Below are positions 11,605-22,000 of a stretch of 64,000 nucleotides of DNA, piece by piece (the stretch's first letter is position 1; each line of letters starts with the position of its first letter). The notes under the pieces were generated by a model, which did no database searches, had not been told where the DNA came from, and was given only the letters and a program-made list of their open reading frames with translations. Source of the stretch: Malacoraja senta (lineage: Eukaryota); NCBI GenBank assembly GCA_038087875.1, contig JAXLNO010000051.1:744001-808000 (forward strand), read 5' to 3'. Both the position numbers and the translations under genes were made by a program.

Positions 11605-14600
11605 TCAGTATCCCGTACCTGCCTTCTCTCCATACCCCCTGATCCCTTTAGCCACAAGGGCCACATCTAATTCCCTCTTAAATATAGCCAATGAACTGGC
11701 GTCAACTACCCTCTGTGGCAGAGAGTTCCAGAGATTCACCACTCTCTGTGTGGAAAAGTTTTTCCTCATCTCGGTCTTAAAGGATTTCCCCCTTATCCTT
11801 AAGCTGTGACCCCTTGTCCTGGACTTCCCCAACATCGGGAACAATCTTCCTGCATCTAGCCTGTCCAACCCCATAAGAATTTTGTACGTTTCTATAAGAT
11901 CCCCTCTCAATCTCCTAAATTCTAGCGAGTATAAGCCAAGTCTATCCAGTCTTTCTTCATATGAAAGTCCTGACATCCCAGGAATCAGTCTGGTGAACCT
12001 TCTCTGCACTCCCTCTATGGCTATAATGTCCTTCCTCAGATTTGGAGACCAAAACTGTACGCAATACTCCAGTTGTGGTCTCACCAAGACCCTGTACAAC
12101 TGCAGTAGAACCTCCCTGCTCCTATACTCAAATCCTCTTGCTATGAAGGCCAACATACCATTCGCTTTCTTCACTGCCTGCTGCACCTGCATGCCTACTT
12201 TCAATGACTGGTGTACCATGACACCCAGGTCTCGCTGCATCTCCCCATTTCCTAATCGGCCACCATTTAGATAATAGTCTGCCTTCCCGTTTTTGCTACC
12301 AAAGTGGATAACCTCACATTTATCCACATTATACTGCATCTGCCAAACATTTGCCCACTCACCCAGCCTATCCAAGTCACCTTGCATTCTCCTAGCATCC
12401 TCCTCACAGCTAACACTGCCCCCCAGCTTAGTGTCATCCGCAAACTTGGAGATGTTGCTTTCAATTCCCTCGTCCAGATCATTAATATAAATTGTAAATA
12501 GCTGGGGTCCCAGCACTGAGCCTTGCGGTACCCCACTAGTCACTGCCTGCCATTGTGAAAAGGACCCGTTTACTCCTACTCTTTGCTTCCTGTTTGCCAG
12601 CCAGTTCTCTATCCACATCAATACTGAACCCCCAATACCGTGTGATTTAAGTTTGTATCCTAATCTCTTATGTGGTACCTTGTCGAAAGCCTTCTGAAAG
12701 TCCAGATACAACACATCCACTGGTTCTCCCCTATCCACTCTACTAGTTACATCCTCGAAAAATTCTATAAGATTCGTCAGACACGATTTACCTTTCGTAA
12801 ATCCATGCTGACTTTGTCCAATGATTTCACCACTTTCCAAATGTGCTGCTATCCCATCTTTAATAACTGACTCTAGCAGTTTCCCCACTACCGATGTTAG
12901 ACTAACTGGTCTGTAATTCCCCGTTTTCTCTCTCCCTCCCTTCTTAAAAAGTGGGGTTACGTTTGCTACCCTCCAATCCTCAGGAACTACTCCAGAATCT
13001 AAAGAGTTTTGACAAATTATCACTAATGCACCCACTATTTCTGGAGCTACTTCCTTAAGTACTCTGGGATGCAGCCTATCTGGCCCTGGTGATTTATCGG
13101 CCTTTAATCCATTCAATTTACCCAACACCACTTCCCGACTAACCTGGATTTCACTCAGTTCCTCCATCTCCTTTGACCCGCGGCCCCCTGCTATTTCCGG
13201 CAGATTATTTATGTCTTCCTTAGTGAAGACGGAACCAAAGTAGTTATTCAATTGGTCTGCCATATCCTTGTTCCCCATGATCAATTCACCTGTTTCTGAC
13301 TGCAAGGGACCTACATTTGATTTAACTAATCTCTTTCTCTTCACATATCTATAAAAACTTTTGCAGTCAGTTTTTATGTTCCCTGCCAGTTTCCTTTCAT
13401 AATCTATTTTCCCTTTCCTAATTAAGCCCTTTGTCCTCCTCTGCTGGTCTCTGAATTTCTCCCAGTCCTCTGGTATGCTGCTTTTTCTGGCTAATTTGTA
13501 CGCATCATCTTTTGCTTTGATACTATCCCTGATTTCCCTTGTTATCCACGGATGCACTACCTTCCTTGATTTATTCTTTTGCCAAACTGGGATGAACAAT
13601 TTTTGTAGTTCATCCATGCAGTCTTTAAATGCCTTCCATTGCATATCCACCGTCAACCCTTTTAGAACTAATTGCCAATCTTGGCCAATTCACGTCTCAT
13701 ACCCTCAAAGTTACCTTTCTTTAAGTTCAGAACCGTTGTTTCTGAATTAACAATGTCACTCTCCATCCTAATGAAGAACTCAACCATATTATGATCACTC
13801 TTGCCCAAGGGGGCACGCACAACAAGTCTGCTAACTAACCCTTCCTCATTACTCAATACCCAGTCTAGAATAGCCTGCTCTCTCGTTGGTTCCTCTACAT
13901 GTTGGTTTAGATAACTATCCCTCATACATTCCAAGAAATCCTCTTCCTCAGCACCCCTGCCAATTTGATTCACCCAATCTATATGTAGATTGAAGTCACC
14001 CATTATAACTGTTTTGCCTTTGTTGCACGCATTTCTAATTTCCTGTTTGATGCCATCCCCAACTTCACTACTACTGCTAGGTGGCCTGTACACAACACCC
14101 ACCAGCGTTTTCTGCCCCTTAGTGTTTCGCAGCTCTACCCATACCGATTCCACATCCTCCAAGCTAATGTCCTTCCTTTACACTGCGTTAATCTCCTCTC
14201 TAACCAGCAACGCTACCCCACCTCCTTTTCCTTTCTCTCTATCCCTCCTGAATATTGAATATCCCTGGATGTTCAGCTCCCAGCCTTGGTCACCTTGGAG
14301 CCATGTCTCCGTGATCCCAACTATATCATAATCATTAATTTCTATCTGCACGTTCAACTCATCCACCTTATTACGAATGCTCCTTGCATTGAGACACAAA
14401 GCCTTCAGGCTTGTTTTTACAACGCTCTTACCCCTTATACAATTATGTTGAAAAGTGGCTCTTTTTGATTTTTGCCCTGGATTTGTCTGCCTGCCACTTT
14501 TACCTTTCACCTTGCTACCTATTGCTTCCGCCCGCATTTTACACCCCTCTGATTCTCTGCTCACCCATTTAAGAACCCCACCACCTCTTATTCTCTGTTT

Positions 14601-14716
14601 ATTATTGTTTTCTTCTTTCCCCCCTACATGTTGGGTCTGAGTGCTTTCCTTCTCTGCCTCCTGCCTCACACACTGTCTAATAGCATTCTCTATTTGAGTC
14701 CCTCCCCCCAACCATT
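11605..14716 (-). pseudogene. CR1 ORF2 (APE endonuclease + reverse transcriptase), disrupted by one in-frame stop and one 4-bp deletion
   Basis: Endonuclease motifs LNARS, ITETWL, GGGVALLV, VYRPP, MGDFN, SDH. RT motifs [27 protein letters not shown]. In-frame TAA at 14178-14180. Frameshift near 13677, where copy 2 has an extra GTCA. The RT portion 11605-13656 is open. The start is uncertain: first ATG after ORF1 is at 14537, or entry is by frameshift. Confidence 0.93.
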
Positions 14717-15652
14717 CTAGTTTAAAGCCTCCCCAGTAGCCTTTGCAGATCTCCCCGCCAGGATATCGGTCCCCCTCAGGTTCAAGTGCAACCCATCCTT
14801 TTTGTACAGGTCGAACCTTCCACAAAAGAAGTCCCAATGATCCAGAAATTTGAATCCATGCCTTCTGCACCAGTCCTTCAGCCACGCATTTATCCTCCAC
14901 CTCGCTCCATTCCTACTCTCACTGTCGCGTGGTACAGGCAGTAATCCCGAGATTGTTACCTTTGCTGTCCTTCTCTTTAACTCCCCTCCTAACTCCCTAA
15001 ATTCTCCTTTCAGGACCTCTTCTCTTTTTTTACCTATGTCATTGGTACCTATATGTATCACGACCTCGGGCTCCTCTCCCTGCCCTTTCAGGATGTCTTG
15101 GACACGTTGAGACACATCACAGACCCTGGCACCAGGGAGGCAAACTACCATCCGGGTCTCCCGACTGCGTCCACAGAATCGCCTGTCTGACCCCCTAACT
15201 ATAGAGTCCCCTATTAATATTGCCCTCCTCTTCTTTTCCTTACCCTTCTGAGCAACAGGACCGGTCTCTATACCGGAGGCCCGGCCGCTGTCGCTACCCC
15301 CAGGTAGGCTGTCCACCCCAACAGTGCTCAAACAGGAGTACTTATTGTCAAGGTGTACAGCCACCGGGGTACTCTCTAGTCCCTGCCTGTGCCCCTTGCC
15401 TCTCCCAACCGTGATCCACTTGCCTGCCTCCTGTGGTGTTGGAGTGACCACATCCCTGTAACTCCTCTCAATGACTTTCTCGCTCTCCCTGACCAGACGG
15501 AGGTCATCGAGCTGCTGCTCCAGGTTCCTAATACGGTCCATTAGGAGCCCCATCTCGATACACCTGGCGCAGATGTGGACGTCTGGAGGGCTATCAGACT
15601 CCATGACTTCCCACATCTGACATCCAGAACAGTAAACTGCCCTGGCCCTCAT
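14717..15652 (-). CDS. CR1 ORF1 protein (311 aa): CxxC..CxxC zinc finger, coiled coil, SGNH/GDSL esterase domain
   Basis: ATG at 15652 (MRARAVY). CSGC-x16-CARC, then heptad-like IRNLEQQLDDL. SGNH blocks LIGDSIV, LPGA, IGTND and DGLH. The frame is uninterrupted. Confidence 0.93.
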   Translation of the reverse strand: MRARAVYCSGCQMWEVMESDSPPDVHICARCIEMGLLMDRIRNLEQQLDDLRLVRESEKVIERSYRDVVTPTPQEAGKWITVGRGKGHRQGLESTPVAVHLDNKYSCLSTVGVDSLPGGSDSGRASGIETGPVAQKGKEKKRRAILIGDSIVRGSDRRFCGRSRETRMVVCLPGARVCDVSQRVQDILKGQGEEPEVVIHIGTNDIGKKREEVLKGEFRELGGELKRRTAKVTISGLLPVPRDSESRNGARWRINAWLKDWCRRHGFKFLDHWDFFCGRFDLYKKDGLHLNLRGTDILAGRSAKATGEALN

Positions 15653-15670
15653 ACTCCCCTTACCCTGGAT

Positions 15671-15758
15671 ATAATACAAAACAACCTGCTACAATACAAA
15701 ACAAACTGCTACAATACAAAACAAACTGCTACAATACAAAACAAACTGCTACAATACA
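15671..15758. repeat. 20-bp minisatellite (ACAATACAAAACAAACTGCT, about 4.4 copies) in the CR1 5' UTR
   Basis: Directly visible near-perfect tandem copies ending about 20 bp upstream of the ORF1 ATG. Confidence 0.95.
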
Positions 15759-15782
15759 GTACAATCAGCAGGGATCTGACTC

Positions 15783-15821
15783 CCAATCAGCTGCTCCCTC
15801 TTGTCTGCGTCCACCAATCAG
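15783..15821. promoter_or_regulatory. Putative internal promoter motifs: two CCAATCAG boxes 31 bp apart, one overlapping an E-box CAGCTG
   Basis: CCAATCAG at 15783-15790 and 15814-15821, CAGCTG at 15788-15793, inside the LINE 5' UTR. Function is inferred from motif match only. Confidence 0.4.
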
Positions 15822-15877
15822 CGGCTTCCTCAAACCCACTTGTTTTTGAAGTGGAACTTGGAACGTTGCCGATTTAG

Positions 15878-16042
15878 GCTCCTTTTTAAGTCCTACCGCT
15901 CGGTTGTAGCTCCTCCCTCAGCGATCTCCACAACGGCTTTCGGACCTCTGTTAGGAACAAGCCCCCGCGCTCCTTTTTAAGTCCTACCGCTCGGTTGTAG
16001 CTCCTCCCTCAGCGACCTCTCCAACGGCTTTCGGACCTCTGT
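15878..16042 (-). repeat. 91-bp tandem monomers at the CR1 5' end (one full, one truncated)
   Basis: GCTCCTTTTTAAGTCCTACCGCTCGGTTGTAGCTCCTCCCTCAGCGA... starts at 15878 and again at 15969. The second copy breaks at 16042 into satellite. Confidence 0.93.
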
Positions 16043-19000
16043 CGCGTGCTGAATTTCGTCACTTTACTTGTGCAGAATTTTCACTGGTTTTAACGTCCTG
16101 AAGGTTCCTCTCTTTTCGCGTGCTGAATTTTCGTCACATTTCGCATGCTGAATTTCCGTCGATTTTAGTGTGCTGAAATTTCACCGCTTTTCACGTTCTT
16201 AAATTTCGTCACTTTATGTGTCCTGATGTCTCATCGATTTATTCGTCCTGATGTTTCGTCGCTTTTCGCATGCTGAATTTTCGTCGCTTTTTGCCTGCTG
16301 AATTATCGTCGCTTTTTGCGTTCTTCATTTTCATCGCTTTTCACGTCTTGATGTTTCTTCGCTTTTCGCATGCTGAATTTTTGTCGCTTTTCGCATGCTG
16401 AATTTTTGTAGCTTTTCGTGTGCTAAATTTTCATCGCTTTTCACGTTCTGAAATTTAGTCACTTTTCGAGTGCTGAATTTTCGTCGCTTTTTGCATGCTG
16501 AATTATCATCGCTTTTTGCGTGCTTCATTTTCATCGCTTTTCACGTCCTGAAGGTTTGTCGCTTTACACTTGCTGAATTTTTGTCACTATGCGTGCTGAA
16601 TTTTCATTGCTTTTAATGACCTGAAGGTTCCTCTCTTTTCCCATGCTGTATTTTCGTCGCCTTTCGCATGCTGAATTTTCATCGCTTTTTGCATGTTGAA
16701 TTTTCGTCGCTTGTCATGTGCTGAAAGTTCGCCGCTTTTCATGTTTTGAAATTTCGTCGCTTTATGCGTCCTGATGTTTCATCGCTTTATGCATCCTGAT
16801 GTTTCGTCGATTTTCGCATGCTGAATTTTCGTCGCTTTTTGTGTGCTGAATTTTCATCGCTTTTCACTTCTTGAAGGATCGTCGCTTTTCGAATGTTGAA
16901 ATTTCGTCGCTTTTAGCATGATGAATTTTCGTCGCTTTTCGTGTGCTGAAATTTCGTCGCTTTCCCCGTCCTGAAATATAGTCACTTTGGCGTGCTGAAT
17001 TTTTGTCGCTTTTCGCTTGCTGAATTTTCGTCACTTTTCATGTGCTCAATTATTGTCGCTTTGAGTGTCCTCCACGTTCATCACTTTTAACGTGCTGAAT
17101 TTTCATCGCTTTTCACAGGCTCAATTTTCATCGCTTTTCATGTCCTGAAATGTCGTCACTTTGGCGAGCTGAATTTTTGTCGCTTTTCGAATGCTGAATT
17201 TTTCGTCACTTTTCGCGTGCTGAATTTTCGTCGCTTTTCACTTGCTAAATTTTCGTCGCTTTTCGCTTTCTGAAATTTAGTCACTTTTCGCGTGCCGAAT
17301 TTCCGTCGCTTTTCGCCTCCTGAAGGTGTGTCGCATTACACGTGCTGTATTTTTGTCACTTTATGCGTGCTGAATTTTTGTCGCTTTTCACGTCTGGAAG
17401 GATCGTCGCTTTTTGCGTGCTTAATTTTTGTCTCTTTTCACGTTCTGAAATTTCTGCACTTTTTGCGTGCTGAATTTTTGTAGCATTTTGTGTGCTGATA
17501 TTTCGTCACTTTTCATATCCTGAAGGATCATCACTTTTCACAGGCTGAATTTTCGTCGCTATTCACAGGCTGAATTTTCGTCGCTTTTCATGTCCTGAAA
17601 TTTCGTTGCCTTTCATGTCCTGAAATTTCGTCGCTTTAGGGTTGTTGCTTTTCGCATGCTGAATTTTCGTAATGCTGAAATTTCGTCGCCTTCCATGTCC
17701 TGAAATTTCGTCGCCTTTCACGTCCTGAAATTTCGTCACTTTATTCGTCCTGATATTACGTCGCTTTTCGCATGCTGAATATTGGTCTCTTTTTGCATGC
17801 TGAATTTTAGTCGCCTTTTGCCTGCTAAATTTTCGTCTCTTTTCTCAGTCTGAAATTTAGTCACTTTTCGCGTGCGGAATTTCCGTCGCTTTTCGCGTAT
17901 TGAAGGCTTGTCACTTTACGCATGCTAAATTTTCGTTGGTTTTTTTATCGTCCTGGTTCCTCTCTTTCCGCGTGCTGAATTTTTGTCGCTTTTCGCATGC
18001 TGAATTTTCGTCGCTTTTCCTGTGCTGAAATTTCGCTGCTTTTCACGTTCTGAAAATTTCGTCGCTTTATGCGTCCTGATGTTTTATCGCTTTATGCGTG
18101 CTGATGATTCGTCTCTTTTCACATGTTGAATTTTCATCTCTTTTTGTGTGCTGAAATTTCTGAGCTTTTCCTCTGCTTAAACTTCGTCACTTTTCATGTT
18201 CTGAAATTTCGTAGCTTTATGCGTCCTGTAATTTCATCACTTTTCGCATGGTGAATTTTCATCGCTTTTTGTGTGTTAAAATTTCGGCGCTTTTCGTGTG
18301 CTGATATTTCGTCGCTTTTCACGTCCTGAAATTTCGTTGCTTTATTCGTCCTGATATTACGTCGATTTTCGCGAGCTTAATTTTTGTCGCTTTTTGCATG
18401 CTAAATTTTAGTCGCTTTTTGCGTGCTTCATTTTCATCGCTTTCCGCGTCTTGATGTTTCTTCGCTTTTCGCATGCTGAATTTTCGTCGGTTTTCGCATG
18501 CTGAATTTTCGTCGCCTTTCATGTCCTGAAATTTCGTCGCCATTCACGTCCTGAAATTTCGTCGCTTTATTCGTCCTGATATTACGTCACTTTTCGCGTG
18601 TGAATTTTTTTCGCATTTTGCCTGCTGAATTTTCGTCGCTGTTTGTGTGCTTAATTTTCATCGCTTTTCGCGTCTTGAAGGTTCGTCGCTTTTCGCAGGC
18701 TGAACTTTCCTCGCTTTTCGCATGCTGAAATTTAGTCGCCTTTCATGTCCTGAAATTTTGTCGCCTTTCATGTACGGAAATTTAGTTGCTTTATTCGTCC
18801 TGATATTACGTCGCTTTTCGCGTGCTGAAGTTTGGTTGCTTTTTGCATGCTGAATTTTCGTGGCTTTTCGCGTGGAAAATGTTTGTAACTTTTCACGTTC
18901 TGAAATTTAGTCACTTTTCACGTGCGGGTTTGTCGCTTTTCGCGTGCTGAATTTTCGTCACTTTACCTGTGCAGAATTTTCATTGGTTTTAACGTCCTGA

Positions 19001-22000
19001 AGGTTCCTCTCTTTTCGCGTGCTGGATTTTCGTCACATTTCGCATGCTGAATTTCCGTCGCTTTTAGTGTGCTGAAATTTCACTGCTTTTCACGTTCTAA
19101 AATTTCGTCACTTTATGTGTCCTGATGTTTCATCGATTTATTCATCCTGATGTTTCGTCGCTTTTCGCATGCTGAATTTTCGTAGCCTTTCGCATGCTGA
19201 ATTTTCATCGCTTTTCGCATGTTGAATTTTCGTCGCTTTTCATGTGCTGAAAGTTCGCCGCTTTTCACGTTTTGAAATTTCGTCGCTTTATGCGTCCTGA
19301 TGTTTCATCGCTTTATGCGTCCTGATGTTTCGTCGATTTTCGCATGCTGAATTTTCGTCGCTTTTTCTGTGATGAATTTTCATCGCTTTTCACTTCCTGA
19401 AGGATCGTCGCTTTTCGCGTGTTGAAATTTCGTCGCTTTTCGCATGATGAATTTTCGTCGCTTTTCGTGTGCTGAAATTTTGTCGCTTTCCCCGTCCTGA
19501 AATATAGTCACTTTGGCATGCTGAATTTTTGTCGCTTTTCGCTTACTGAATTTTCGTCACTTTTCATGTGCTCAATTATCGTCGCTTTGAGTGTCCTCCA
19601 GGTCCATCACTTTTAACGTGCTGAATTTTCATCGCTTTTCACAGGCTCAATTTTCATCACTTTTCACGTCCTGAAATTTCGTCACTTTGGCGAGCTGAAT
19701 TTTTGTCGCTTTTCGAATGCTGAATTTTTCGTCACTTTTCGCGTACTGAATTTTCGTCGCTTTTCACTTGCTAAATTTTCGTCGCTTTTCGCGTTCTGAA
19801 ATTTAGTCACTTTTCGCGTGCCGAATTTCCGTCGCTTTTCGCCTCCTGAAGGTGTGTCGCATTACACGTGCTGTATTTTTGTCACTTTACGCGTGCTGAA
19901 TTTTTGTCGCTTTTCACGTCCGAAAGAATCGTTGCTTTTTGCATGCTGAATTTTCGTCGCTTTTCGCATGGTGAATTTTCGTCGCTTTTAGCGTGCTTAA
20001 TTTTTGTCGCTTTTCACGTTCTGAAATTTCGTCACTTTTTGCGTGCTGAATTTTTGTAGCAGTTTGTATGCTGATATTTCATCACTTTTCATATCCTGAA
20101 GGATCATCACTTTTCACAGGCTGAATTTTCGTCGCTATTCACAGGCTGAATTTTTGTCGCTTTTCATGTCCTGAAATTTCGTTGCCTTTCATGTCCTGAA
20201 ATTTCGTCGCTTTAGGGTTGTCGCTTTTCGCATGCTGAATTTTCGTAGTGCTGAAATTTCGTCGCCTTCCATGTCCTGAAATTTCGTCGCCTTTCACGTC
20301 CTGAAATTTCGTCACTTTATTCGTCCTGATATTACGTCGCTTTTCACATGCTGAATTTTGGTCTCTTTTTGCATGCTGAATTTTAGTCGCCTTTTGCCTG
20401 CTAAATTTTCACAGTCTGAAATTTAGTCACTTTTCGCGTGCAGAATTTCCGTCGCTTTTCGCGTATTGAAGGCTTGTCACTTTACGCATGTTGAATTTTC
20501 GTTGTTTTTTTTATCGTCCTTGTTCCTCTCTTTCCACGTGCTGAATTTTCGTCGCTTTTCGCATGCTGAATTTTCGTCGCTTTTCCTGTGCTGAAATTTC
20601 GCTGCTTTTCACGTTCTGAAAATTTTGTCGCTTTATGCGTCCTGATGTTTTATCACTTTATGCGTGCTGATGATTGGTCTCTTTTCACATGCTGAATTTT
20701 CATCGCTTTTTGTGTGCTGAAATTTCTGAGCTTTTCCTCTGCTTAAACTTCGTCGCTTTTCATGTTCTGAAATTTCGTAGCTTTATGCGTCCTGTAATTT
20801 CATCACTTTTCGCATGGTAAATTTTCATCGCTTTTTGTGTGTTAAAATTTCGGCGCTTTTCGTGTGCTGATATTTCGTCGCTTTTCACGTCCTGAAATTT
20901 CGTTGCTTTATTAGTCCTGATATTACGCCGCTTTTCACGAGCTTAATTTTTGTCGCTTTTTGCATGCTGAATTTTCGTCGCTTATTGCGTGCTTCATTTT
21001 CATCGCTTTTCGCGTCTTGATTTGTCTTCGCTTTTCGCATGCTGAATTTTCGTCGCCTTTCGCATGCTGAATTTTTGTCGCTTTTCACGTGATAAATTTT
21101 CGTCGCTTATCACATGCTGAAATTTATTCGCTTTAAGCGTGCTGAATTTTTGTCACTACGCTTGCTTAATTTTCAGCGCTTTTCGCGTCTTGAAGGTTCC
21201 TCACTTTTCGCGTGCTGAATTTTCATCACTTTTCGCATGCTGAAATTTCGTCGGCTTTCATGTCCTGAAATTTCGTCGCCTTTCACGTCCTGAAATTTCG
21301 TTGCTTTATTCGTCCTGATATTGCGTTGCTTTTGGCGTGCTGAATGTTTTTTTGCTTTTTGCATGCTGGATTTTCATCACTTTTCGCGTGATAAATTTTC
21401 GTCACTTTTCATGTTCTTAAATTTAGCCAATTTTCGCGTGGAATTTCTGTCGCTTTTCGCGTTCTGAAGGTTTGTCACTTTTCACGTGCAGAAATATAGT
21501 CACTTCTTGTATGATGAATTTTCGGCTCTTTTCGTGTGTTGAAATTTCGCCGCTTTTCACGTTCTGAAATTTCGTCACTTTTTGCGCGCTGAATTTTCGT
21601 CGCTTTTCGAGTGCTGATATTTCATCGCTTTTCACATTGTGAAATTTCGTCACATTTGGCGGGCTGAATTTTTGTCGCTTCTCGTGTGCTAAATTTTCGT
21701 CACTTTTCACGTGCTGAATTATCGTCACTTTTCGTGTACTGAAGGTTTGTCACTTTTAACGTGCTGAATTTTCATCGCATTTCACAAGCTCAATTTACAT
21801 CGCTTTTCGTGTGCTGAAATTTCATCGCCTTTCAGGTCCTGAAATTTCGTCGCCTTTCACGTCCTGAAATTTCGTCGCTTTATTTATCCTGGTATTACTT
21901 CACTTTTCGCGTCCTGTTATTACGTCGCTTTTCGCATGCTGAATTTTTGTTGCTTTTTGCATGCTGGATTTTCATCGCTTTTCACGTGCTAAATTTTCGT

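Larger units (their letters stand above)
11506..16042 (-). mobile_element. CR1-clade non-LTR retrotransposon (LINE), near full length, copy 1
   Basis: Contains a 5' UTR, an esterase-type ORF1, an APE endonuclease plus RT ORF2, a 3' hairpin and an 8-bp repeat tail. The flanks rejoin to GTTTGTCGCTTTT|CGCGTGCTG, which occurs uninterrupted at about 11146-11167 and 18928-18949. Confidence 0.97.

Noticed and set aside
11605..13656. RT as a bacterial retron, group II intron, DGR or repeat-associated defence RT system
   Set aside because: The upstream APE endonuclease, esterase ORF1 and 3' hairpin/octamer tail identify a CR1 LINE. It interrupts the satellite at a site with empty paralogs, so no functional RT-array link is supported.
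15653..15679. ORF1 N-terminal extension MYYIQGKGS from the ORF track
   Set aside because: It starts at a TTG within the minisatellite; the first ATG is at 15652.
11588..15877. Plus-strand ORFs antisense to the CR1 (e.g. 11882-12274, 13990-14331, 15575-15877)
   Set aside because: Shadow frames of the LINE coding strand, with no recognisable motifs and variable ends between copies.
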